DNA from: Candidatus Aenigmatarchaeota archaeon
Lineage (GTDB): Archaea > Aenigmatarchaeota > Aenigmatarchaeia > QMZP01 > QMZT01
Assembly: GCA_963726265.1 (NCBI GenBank)
Contig: CAVSBQ010000002.1
Location: forward strand, 96,229 to 160,228
Direction of reading: 5' to 3'
DNA: 64,000 bases
A program made the position numbers and the translations under genes. The notes below the pieces were generated by a model that made no database searches, was not told where the DNA came from, and saw only the letters and a list, made by a program, of their open reading frames with translations. The stretch's first letter is position 1. Each line of letters begins with the position of its first letter. Below are positions 56,418-64,000 of the stretch, in pieces.

Positions 56418-57427
56418 AGGTTAGAAAAAAGGATGAACACGTTGACCTGGAAAAAAGGGTCTTCGACGTGAAGAACGAACGTATGCCCAAAGGGGCATGG
56501 TGGTGGTGGTTCTGGCTCTTCTTCTTCGACAACCCGAAGGACCCCTCGAAACCCCGCCAGCTCATGATATTGTGGTCCGCCAAGAACGCGAATAAAATCA
56601 AATGCAACAACCTCGATATAAATGCGAAGCTCCCGCTCGACAGGGAAAACCTTGACGGCGCCGTTGCTGCGTGGTATTTCGACGGTGAGCGGATGCATCA
56701 CAACTTCCTTCTCGAGCAGTGCAACATAAAGGTCAGCGACAAATGCCTGATATCCGAATCCGGAACACCGACTTCATTCTCCATCGACGGGAAGAGAAGC
56801 GTGGTCAGAATAGGCGATAAATTCGAGTTCATCGCGGACGAGAAGGGCAGGCACGATTTCAGCAAAGCCAGATACCACATGAAGAATTTCGTGGGAATGA
56901 AAGGATACTCGATAATGAAGATCAACCACACGGACCTCATGGGAAAGGTCAACGGCGAGAAAATAAACGGGACCGCCTACTTTCAGAGAGTCTTCTTGAA
57001 CGCACCGGCGATACCATGGTACTGGGGCATATTCCATTTCGACGGGGGAGCCGTTATGTCGTACACCAACCAGCTAATCCTCGGGAAATCCATAAAGAAG
57101 AACATCTCGCTGTTCGACGGTGAACGGATGCACGAGTTTGACATGATGAAAGTGAAAAGGTCCGGAGGGGCGCTGCCGACGTTCAGGGTCACCGGAGAGA
57201 ACGAGCACGAGAGAATAGGATTCTCCGTCGTCTCCTACGCTCATTCCTCGTGGACTTTCCGCAAGAAATCCCGGGGCGTCATCCCGAACAAGCTCGTTTA
57301 CAACGAGTATCCGGCCACCATAACCGATCTCGAGATCGAGAACAAGGCGACCGGAGCGAAGACCACGTCAAAAGAACTCGGCAGGGCCGTTGGAAACGCA
57401 GAGCACACGACAGGCATGCTTTTCTAG
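56414..57427 (+). CDS. hypothetical beta-rich protein, possibly tocopherol-cyclase/CrtC-like double barrel
   Basis: WWWWFWLFFF and a second-half PWYWGIFHF; GTAYFQRV. Fold assignment is inference. Confidence 0.6.
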   Translation: MKVRKKDEHVDLEKRVFDVKNERMPKGAWWWWFWLFFFDNPKDPSKPRQLMILWSAKNANKIKCNNLDINAKLPLDRENLDGAVAAWYFDGERMHHNFLLEQCNIKVSDKCLISESGTPTSFSIDGKRSVVRIGDKFEFIADEKGRHDFSKARYHMKNFVGMKGYSIMKINHTDLMGKVNGEKINGTAYFQRVFLNAPAIPWYWGIFHFDGGAVMSYTNQLILGKSIKKNISLFDGERMHEFDMMKVKRSGGALPTFRVTGENEHERIGFSVVSYAHSSWTFRKKSRGVIPNKLVYNEYPATITDLEIENKATGAKTTSKELGRAVGNAEHTTGMLF

Positions 57428-57448
57428 CACACACATCAGCGCATCATA

Positions 57449-58102
57449 TTACCTTCTTTTCATAACCAGGAACATGTGGTCCTTCTCGAACGGGTCGAGC
57501 CTGACCTTTTCTAGGATTTTGAAGTGCTTCTCCAGCTTCTCGATTTCCTGCTTGTAGACGTCTTCGGGCCGCTTGACGACGTCGATAGAGCGCGCCTTTA
57601 TAGCAATCATCGCGAAGCCATCCGGCTTGAGGAAGCGTTCTGCATTGCGTATCATGATGGGGCTCTGGTCGTCGGAAGCGACGTCTTCGAACACGACGTC
57701 GACTTTCTCTATCCAGCCATACTCTTCGGGCTTGCGCGCGTCGCCGACGATTGGAACGATGTTGCCGCGCTTCTCCGCGACGGGATTGAGGTCGCGCACG
57801 CAGCGCTCCGAAATCTCGACGCCGTAGATTATCCCCTCAGGGCCGATGATGTCCGAGAAGAACGTCGAGGTCTGGCCGCTCGCTATGCCGAGGTAAAGGA
57901 CCTTTGCTTTTGCAGCAAGCGGGAAATTCTTGAGGCCGTTCGCTATCGCGGCCGCGGGTTTCGAGCGGAAAGGATTCCATTCCCTGAACTCCTGGCCTTT
58001 CACGTTTACGAGGGTCTTACAATAGGTCTTGTCGCCGGGCAGGAGGTTCTTGGTGAAAATGTGCTTCCCTTGTTTCCACACGCCTGGGAAAAGCTGGTCC
58101 AT
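57449..58102 (-). CDS. flpA: fibrillarin-like 2'-O-methyltransferase
   Basis: REWNPFRSK, VLYLGIASGQT, NIVPIVGDARKP, IKARSID, LDPFEKDH. Confidence 0.95.
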   Translation of the reverse strand: MDQLFPGVWKQGKHIFTKNLLPGDKTYCKTLVNVKGQEFREWNPFRSKPAAAIANGLKNFPLAAKAKVLYLGIASGQTSTFFSDIIGPEGIIYGVEISERCVRDLNPVAEKRGNIVPIVGDARKPEEYGWIEKVDVVFEDVASDDQSPIMIRNAERFLKPDGFAMIAIKARSIDVVKRPEDVYKQEIEKLEKHFKILEKVRLDPFEKDHMFLVMKRR

Positions 58103-58137
58103 GAAATGTTATTTCTGAAAGCCGGCTTAAAAATCCT

Positions 58138-59010
58138 TTATTTCTTTTTGCCGGGGAAGAACTTGTAACTAAGCAAAACCTGCACGAGCTTCGCCGCCAG
58201 CGCGTCTGGCGCTTTGTTGCATTTGTTAGGGCAGAGCTCGACGACGTCGAAGCCGACGATGTTCTTCCTGCGCGCGACTTCTTTCAGCAGCGCCGTGACT
58301 TCATACCAGCCGAGGCCGCCGGGCTCGGGCGTCCCTGTCGAGGGCATGATGCCCGTATCGAAGACGTCGAGGTCAATGGTTATGTAAACATTATCGGAAA
58401 GCGCGGCCACGGCCTTGTTTATCCAGTCCGTTTTGCCGTGAATCTCATGCGCGTAGAACATTTTGTCCTGCTTCGCGCTTGCGAGCTCGGACGAGTCCAT
58501 GCTGCGTATGCCGACGGAAACGACGTTTTTGACATATTTCTTGGCCCAGCCAATGGTGCACGCATGGCTAAGCCTGTTGCCCTCGTATTCGTCGCGCCTG
58601 TCGCTGTGCGCGTCGAGGTGAAGCAGGCTCATGTTCCTGAATTTCTCTGAATGAGCATGGATGGGACCGATCGCGACGGAATGCTCGCCGCCGAGCGTGA
58701 CCACGAATTTCCCGCCGGAGAGAAGCTGTTTTGTTCTTGCGTAAGTTTTCCTTACCATATCTTCCGAAGTCGCCGCTTTTATCGGCTTGTCCGTGAAGAT
58801 GCCTTTCGTGTAGACTTCCGAGCGCGTCTCAGTCTCGTAATATTCGAGATTTATGGTTGCCGCGATTAGGGCAGCCGGACCCTTGTCCGTGCCTTTTATC
58901 CAAGTGCCCGTCTTGTCGAACGGGACGGGGAGAATCACTATCCTGGATTTAGAATACCCTGAGAATTCGGGAGGCAGTTTCAGAAAATTGTGGGAGATTT
59001 CGTATTTCAT
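58138..59010 (-). CDS. speB: agmatinase
   Basis: GGEHS, HLDAHSD, SHAC, IDLDVFD, TGTPEPGG. Confidence 0.93.
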   Translation of the reverse strand: MKYEISHNFLKLPPEFSGYSKSRIVILPVPFDKTGTWIKGTDKGPAALIAATINLEYYETETRSEVYTKGIFTDKPIKAATSEDMVRKTYARTKQLLSGGKFVVTLGGEHSVAIGPIHAHSEKFRNMSLLHLDAHSDRRDEYEGNRLSHACTIGWAKKYVKNVVSVGIRSMDSSELASAKQDKMFYAHEIHGKTDWINKAVAALSDNVYITIDLDVFDTGIMPSTGTPEPGGLGWYEVTALLKEVARRKNIVGFDVVELCPNKCNKAPDALAAKLVQVLLSYKFFPGKKK

Positions 59011-59034
59011 ATTTCCCTTTGGATAAAAAACTTT

Positions 59035-59604
59035 TTATTGTTCAGGCACGACCGTCGTAATCGGCGGCACGAAGACCGCTGCGCATATCACGCTCGTCCA
59101 CAGCCCGTCTTTGTGACCTTCCGCCGACTGGGAGATGTGCATTGTCTTGAAGATGTGGCCGCTCGCCTTGTACTGCTGCCTTCTCTCGTCCCATGCCTTG
59201 TCCGCGTCGAAAGGCACGCCGAGTGTCGTCGCGAGCATCGTTGCAGCGAGGTCTTCGGCATATTCGCCCGAAACCTTGCCGGTTTCTCCGTGGGCATGGT
59301 GCTCTGAGAGATAACCGTAGTGGTCCCTGTTCTTGGGAACGGCCAGCCCTATAGCTACCGAAACGAGCCTGTTGGGCTCATTGGTGTCGTTTCTCGCCAT
59401 CACGCAGAACACTACCTGCCCCGGGTTGAGGTGCTTCAGGCCCTCTTCCTTCGTGACTATTTCGCACTTCGGCGGCAGGATGCTTGAAACGTTCACGATG
59501 TTGAAAGGAGCTATGCCCGCGTGCCTCAAAGCCATCTCGAAAGAAGCGAGCTTGTCTTTATGGACGCCGACACCCTTCACGAAAAAAATCTTCGCGGGAA
59601 TCAT
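59035..59604 (-). CDS. pdaD: pyruvoyl-dependent arginine decarboxylase
   Basis: SFEMALR.AGI..FNIVNVSSILPP, YGYLSEHH. Confidence 0.93.
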   Translation of the reverse strand: MIPAKIFFVKGVGVHKDKLASFEMALRHAGIAPFNIVNVSSILPPKCEIVTKEEGLKHLNPGQVVFCVMARNDTNEPNRLVSVAIGLAVPKNRDHYGYLSEHHAHGETGKVSGEYAEDLAATMLATTLGVPFDADKAWDERRQQYKASGHIFKTMHISQSAEGHKDGLWTSVICAAVFVPPITTVVPEQ

Positions 59605-59729
59605 TAGATAAAAATAATTACACGCGGACTTAAAAAGTTTTTTGCCGTCACGCCTGCGGCGGCATTAAAACCCGGACAGGAAACGCGGCATGGCAAAGCT
59701 TAACTATTGTTTCGCACCAAATCAGAATC

Positions 59730-60356
59730 ATGGAAGAGCTGCTGATCATACTCCAGAGGTTCGTGATAACCTTCGTCCTTTCGGTCCTGTTCGGGCTGCA
59801 GAGGCAGAGGGCGCATAAACCGGTGGGCTTCGGCACGTTCACCTTCGTCGCAATAGGATCGTGCGGGCTGGCGATAACTGCGCTCAACCTTTATCCGGAC
59901 AACCCCCTGAGCCTGCTGGGAGCGATCGTGACCGGCATAGGCTTCCTGGGAGCGGGTGCGCTGATAAAGACGAGCGACAAGATATTCGGCTTCACGAGCG
60001 CGTCGGCGGTCTGGCTTTTCGCGATATTCGGCCTTATCATCGGCGTAGGCGAATACCTGACGGGAATCATAATTTACATTATGATATGGATAGTGATAAT
60101 CATAGACACGCAGCTCAAGAAGAAGGGCATTGGCCACTATCAGCGCAAGCTGACCATCACGACCAACAGGCTAATCGACGAGAAGGAGATAGAGAAGGAG
60201 CTCGGCCCCAATTTCAAGAAGATGGTCGTCAAGGTCGACAAGAAGAACAACAAGCTGTGCGTGAGCTACCTCGTCGAGGGGACGAAGGACCAGGTCAGGG
60301 AAATCCCCGAGCGGCTTGCGAAGGACGAATGGCTGGAGTATTTTGAAATCGAGTGA
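59730..60356 (+). CDS. MgtC/SapB-family membrane protein
   Basis: GLQR, GFGTF, IVTGIGFLGAG, GFTSASAVW. Confidence 0.9.
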   Translation: MEELLIILQRFVITFVLSVLFGLQRQRAHKPVGFGTFTFVAIGSCGLAITALNLYPDNPLSLLGAIVTGIGFLGAGALIKTSDKIFGFTSASAVWLFAIFGLIIGVGEYLTGIIIYIMIWIVIIIDTQLKKKGIGHYQRKLTITTNRLIDEKEIEKELGPNFKKMVVKVDKKNNKLCVSYLVEGTKDQVREIPERLAKDEWLEYFEIE

Positions 60357-60445
60357 AACGCGACCGTGTATCGGACAGAACTATTTTGAAAATAATGCGC
60401 CGCTTTTCGGTTAAGTTTTTATGCGGGCCGGGACAAATATAAAAC

Positions 60446-61384
60446 ATGATACTCATAGCCGTGCTTATTTTCATCATCGCCCTCGCCGTGCTGATGATAG
60501 CATCCAAGTGGGTCATCGACTCTGCCATAGCGATATCCGAATATACGGGAATATCGCAGCTCGCGATAGGCTTCATCCTCATAGCCTTCTCGGTCTCCAT
60601 GCCCGATTTCATGGTATCCGTCTCCGCGACGCTCATGCAGAAGGCGCCCATGGCCATCGGAGACGCGCTCGGCTCGACCATAGCGAACATATGCCTCGTG
60701 CTCGGCGTGGTGACCCTGATGAGGAAGGTGCGTGTCGAACGCCTGCACACGCTTGAAAGCGCAGAGCTGCTGCTTTTGATAAGCATCGTGCCGGCCGTGA
60801 TACTTTCGAAAGGGGTCGTAGGCCCGATAGAGGGCATAATCCTCCTGGTGGTTTTCGTTATCTACTGCTTCTTCATCTTCAAGGACAAGTTCAGCCTCAA
60901 TATAAGGGATGGCGTTTCGAAAAAGGAATGGAGGAACGCCGGCCTGTTGTTCTTGTTCGGCATGATTCTTGTCGTGGCAAGCTCGAGTTACGTCGTTTCG
61001 TCCGGCGCCGAGATAGCGGCCTTCGTGGGCATCTCCGAAGCCGTGATAGGCCTCACGCTCATATCATTCGGCACGACGCTGCCTGAATTCGCGCTGGATT
61101 TCACGGCGATAAGGAAGGGGCAGTGCGCCCTGGCCATAGGCGACATCCTCGGCAGCAGCGTGGTCAACCTCACGCTCATACTGGGGACCATCCTGCTGAT
61201 GTCGCCGATAGGGGGCATGGTGCTGGTGGGCTACACCATACCGCTCGCCTTCATCATCATCGCGAACACCTTCCTGTTCTACAGCATGGTGAAGCACGAG
61301 GGCATCGGCCACAAGCAGGGCATAATCTTCATACTGCTCTACATAATTTTCATAATGGTAATGCTCACAAGCAGAATCGTGTAA
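60446..61384 (+). CDS. sodium/calcium exchanger family antiporter (YrbG-like)
   Basis: Two alpha repeats: SVSMPD..GSTIAN and GTTLPE..GSSVVN. Confidence 0.9.
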   Translation: MILIAVLIFIIALAVLMIASKWVIDSAIAISEYTGISQLAIGFILIAFSVSMPDFMVSVSATLMQKAPMAIGDALGSTIANICLVLGVVTLMRKVRVERLHTLESAELLLLISIVPAVILSKGVVGPIEGIILLVVFVIYCFFIFKDKFSLNIRDGVSKKEWRNAGLLFLFGMILVVASSSYVVSSGAEIAAFVGISEAVIGLTLISFGTTLPEFALDFTAIRKGQCALAIGDILGSSVVNLTLILGTILLMSPIGGMVLVGYTIPLAFIIIANTFLFYSMVKHEGIGHKQGIIFILLYIIFIMVMLTSRIV

Positions 61385-61426
61385 ACCGGGCAGATGCCGG
61401 CAAGCCGCGGGGCAAATGATTTTCTT

Positions 61427-62500
61427 CTATAGCTTCTTCGCGGATGCGAAATACCAGTTTACGCAGTAGGAAGGTATGAAAGAGGGGAAGAACTTGACGT
61501 CAGTGAAGTGCTTGTTCAGGATCCTGGCCACCATCTTGTAGGTCTGCTGGTCAACCTGCGGCCCGCACTGCAGGGTCACCATGCCGCCGCTGTTGAGGGC
61601 ATCCTTTATCTTTCTGAACAGGCGGGAGAGGTAGACCTCCCTGTCGATCTTTATGAACGCCTCGGGATGCAGCGTGAGGTCGTAAATTATCGCATCGAAG
61701 CCCTTGTTTTTGCCCAGGAACTTGTAGGCGTCGTCTATGACGACCTTGACACGCGGGCTTTTGTAGGCGTTCTTGCAGATTTTCTTGAGAAACTTCTTGG
61801 AAACTTCTATGACTTCCTTGTCTATGTCGACGAGAATGATTTTATTGGCGCCGTGGTGCAGCAGCTCGTCCGCGACCCCGCCGTCGCCGCCGCCGAGTAT
61901 CAGGATCTTGTCCATGGGTATTTTTTCCGCGACTATGGGCGAAACGAGATTGTGGTTATAGATGTAGGCGTCGTTCTCGGCGATCTGCAGGTCCTTGTCG
62001 AGCAGCAGTATGCGGCCGAAATTGTCGTTCTCTATGACGTCTATCTGCTGGTATTTGGAGCGCTTGCTGTGCAGCAGCTTCTTTATGTGGTAGCGCACGT
62101 CGAAGCCGACCGCGGAAAAACCGGTTATCCAGTCCGCGTGCTTTATCTCGAGCGGATTGCCCCTGTACACGTGGCCGACCCTGACCGTCTTGGGCTTGAG
62201 GCTTTTCTTGAGATATTCCAGAAGGGCGAGCGGCTTCTCGGGGCCTGGCGAACAGGTAAAGATGTCGATGGACGCGTGCCTTGCCTCCGGATACGTGTGT
62301 ATCGCTATGTGCGACTCGCTGATTATCGCTAGCGCTGTGACGCCTGAGGGGTTGAACTTGTGGGAATGTATGCTGACCAAGGAAAGCCCGGCTTTTGTTA
62401 TGCCGTCGCTCAGGATTTTCTCAATCTTTTCCTTGTCGTCGAGAACATCCTTAGAACAGTATATAAACTCGGCGATGATATGATGGCCAGTCGGTCTCAT
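61427..62500 (-). CDS. S-adenosylmethionine decarboxylase - spermidine synthase fusion
   Basis: N-terminal GVT...ESHIAIHTYPE..DIFTC; C-terminal SKYQQI, LILGGGDGG, VDID, DDA. Confidence 0.92.
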   Translation of the reverse strand: MRPTGHHIIAEFIYCSKDVLDDKEKIEKILSDGITKAGLSLVSIHSHKFNPSGVTALAIISESHIAIHTYPEARHASIDIFTCSPGPEKPLALLEYLKKSLKPKTVRVGHVYRGNPLEIKHADWITGFSAVGFDVRYHIKKLLHSKRSKYQQIDVIENDNFGRILLLDKDLQIAENDAYIYNHNLVSPIVAEKIPMDKILILGGGDGGVADELLHHGANKIILVDIDKEVIEVSKKFLKKICKNAYKSPRVKVVIDDAYKFLGKNKGFDAIIYDLTLHPEAFIKIDREVYLSRLFRKIKDALNSGGMVTLQCGPQVDQQTYKMVARILNKHFTDVKFFPSFIPSYCVNWYFASAKKL

Positions 62501-62802
62501 ACATATTAAATGCGCATCTGATATAAAAATTAATTATTTTTTTCTCATATCTCCTGCCGCATTTTTCTGAAAGACTGTCTTAAAATCTCCGGAAAAACGC
62601 GCGGAAAACGCAAGCCGGTTTTGAGGAGAGCTTTATCTGGCCGTTTGATGGCTTTTTGGGAAATTTTATGGGCGCTGCATATCGATTTAAAGCTTTATAT
62701 ATTAACTAATATATAATATATTATTAATTAACCAAGTGACTTTTAATTCAGCCCCACGTTTAGACGGGCTTACAGGCCCGGAAACGACGCAAAGTGAATG
62801 CT

Positions 62803-64000
62803 ATGAGCAGCCCACCGAGCAGCTATACGGCAAAGGAAATAAAGGTCATGGAAGGCCTCTCTGCAGTGAGAAAAAGGCCAGGCATGTATATCGGCTCCAC
62901 CGGGATACGCGGCCTCCACCATCTCGTGCAGGAGGTGGTTGACAACGGCATAGACGAGGCGCTCGCCGGCTTCTGCAAGACCATAATCGTGACCATACAC
63001 AAGGACAACAGCGTCAGCGTGCTCGATGACGGGCGAGGCATCCCGGTTGATAATCATCCCAAATATCCGAACAAGTCCGCGCTTGAAATCGTGATGACCA
63101 AGCTCCACGCCGGCGGCAAGTTCGACCGCGAGAGCTACAAGATTTCCGGCGGGCTGCACGGCGTGGGCGTTTCAGTCGTCAACGCGCTCTCCGAGAAGCT
63201 GGTAGTCGACGTGAAAAGGAGCGGCGAGGTCTATTCGCAGGAATATGCAAGGGGCGACCCGGCGAACGAAATCCACGTCAAGAAGGGCGCGACTTTCCCG
63301 TATGACACCGGCACCATGGTCAGGTTCTGGCCGGACAGGGAGATTTTCGAGACGACCGACTTCCATTACGACATACTCGCCGCGCGCATGCGAGAGCTCG
63401 CTTTTCTCAACCCGGGCCTTCTTATCTCCCTCCGCGACGAGAGAACCGGGAAGGTTGACGAGTTCAAGTTCGAGGGCGGCATCATTTCCTTCATCAATTT
63501 CCTCAACGAAGGCAAGATATGCATCCTCGAAAAGCCGATATACTTCTGCAAGATGAAGGGCACGACCCAGGTCGAGATAGCCATGCAATACAACACCGGC
63601 TACAACGAGCTGATCCTCTCGTTCGTCAACAACATAAACACGGAGGAAGGCGGCCTACACCTCGTGGGCTTCAAGAACGCGCTGACACGCGTGATCAACA
63701 AATACGCGCAGGAGAACGGCCTGGCCAAAAACGGCGACGAGAAACTGTCGGGCTCCGACGTACGCGAAGGCCTCACGGCGGTCATGAGCATAAAGATGAC
63801 CGACCCGCAGTTCGAGGGCCAGACCAAGACCAAGCTCGGCAACCCGGACATAAAGAACACCGTCGACTCCGCGGTTTCGGAATGCCTGAAGACGTTCCTG
63901 GAAGAGAACCCTGACAAAGCGAGGCTGGTCATGGAGAAATCCATGAACGCGGCGAAGGCCAGGGAGGCCGCCATAAAGGCGAGGGAGCTCGTGCGGCGCA
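62803..64000 (+). CDS. gyrB: DNA gyrase subunit B (runs off window end)
   Basis: Not in the ORF track: MSSPPSSYTAKEIKVMEGLSAVRKRPGMYIGST, EVVDNGIDE, DDGRGIP, LHAGGKF, GGLHGVGVS, FEGQTKTKL. Confidence 0.97.
   Translation, partial: MSSPPSSYTAKEIKVMEGLSAVRKRPGMYIGSTGIRGLHHLVQEVVDNGIDEALAGFCKTIIVTIHKDNSVSVLDDGRGIPVDNHPKYPNKSALEIVMTKLHAGGKFDRESYKISGGLHGVGVSVVNALSEKLVVDVKRSGEVYSQEYARGDPANEIHVKKGATFPYDTGTMVRFWPDREIFETTDFHYDILAARMRELAFLNPGLLISLRDERTGKVDEFKFEGGIISFINFLNEGKICILEKPIYFCKMKGTTQVEIAMQYNTGYNELILSFVNNINTEEGGLHLVGFKNALTRVINKYAQENGLAKNGDEKLSGSDVREGLTAVMSIKMTDPQFEGQTKTKLGNPDIKNTVDSAVSECLKTFLEENPDKARLVMEKSMNAAKAREAAIKARELVRR

Noticed and set aside
62736-63974. Several short ORFs listed at the window end
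   Set aside because: All are alternative frames of gyrB, which starts at 62803 and is open to the end of the window.
1-64000. CRISPR array, rRNA genes, IS elements, additional tRNAs
   Set aside because: None recognised in a by-eye reading of the intergenic gaps; short or split RNA genes could have been missed without a covariance-model search.

Overview
Gene-dense archaeal chromosome segment. Archaeal markers are the histone, aIF2-gamma, Nop5, fibrillarin, RPA2-like protein, Rad50, GGGP synthase, TATA-type promoters and a tRNA intron with a bulge-helix-bulge (BHB) motif. FtsZ2, DNA gyrase B, class I GAPDH and many short AT-rich ORFans suggest a DPANN-type euryarchaeal relative; this is inference, with no phylogeny run. 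Most of the window is housekeeping: lipid and inositol synthesis, PLP synthesis, a group 3b NiFe hydrogenase operon, lower glycolysis, IleRS and polyamine synthesis. The most unusual locus is 13.5-15.15 kb, where a catalytic-domain-only tyrosine recombinase and a winged-helix gene sit between two ~200-bp imperfect inverted AT-rich elements. That locus also has an 11-6-11 dif-like palindrome just upstream of the recombinase and a GTTTAAAC triple repeat just downstream. A second unusual locus is 37.3-39.8 kb: ftsZ2 divergent from an RHH gene with a periodic operator-like tract, a free-standing HTH-LAGLIDADG gene whose stop codon lies inside tRNA-Ala(GGC), a 45/46 intron in that tRNA, and a convergent 16-aa polybasic/Cys micro-ORF. 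Other observations are a histidine-free HisB-fold pseudoenzyme, a GGGP synthase with rewritten glycerol-phosphate motifs, a uppS that needs a non-canonical start codon, a frameshifted DNA methyltransferase and a candidate small RNA. No CRISPR array, rRNA or IS element was seen. All family calls come from motif recognition by eye, not from database searches.
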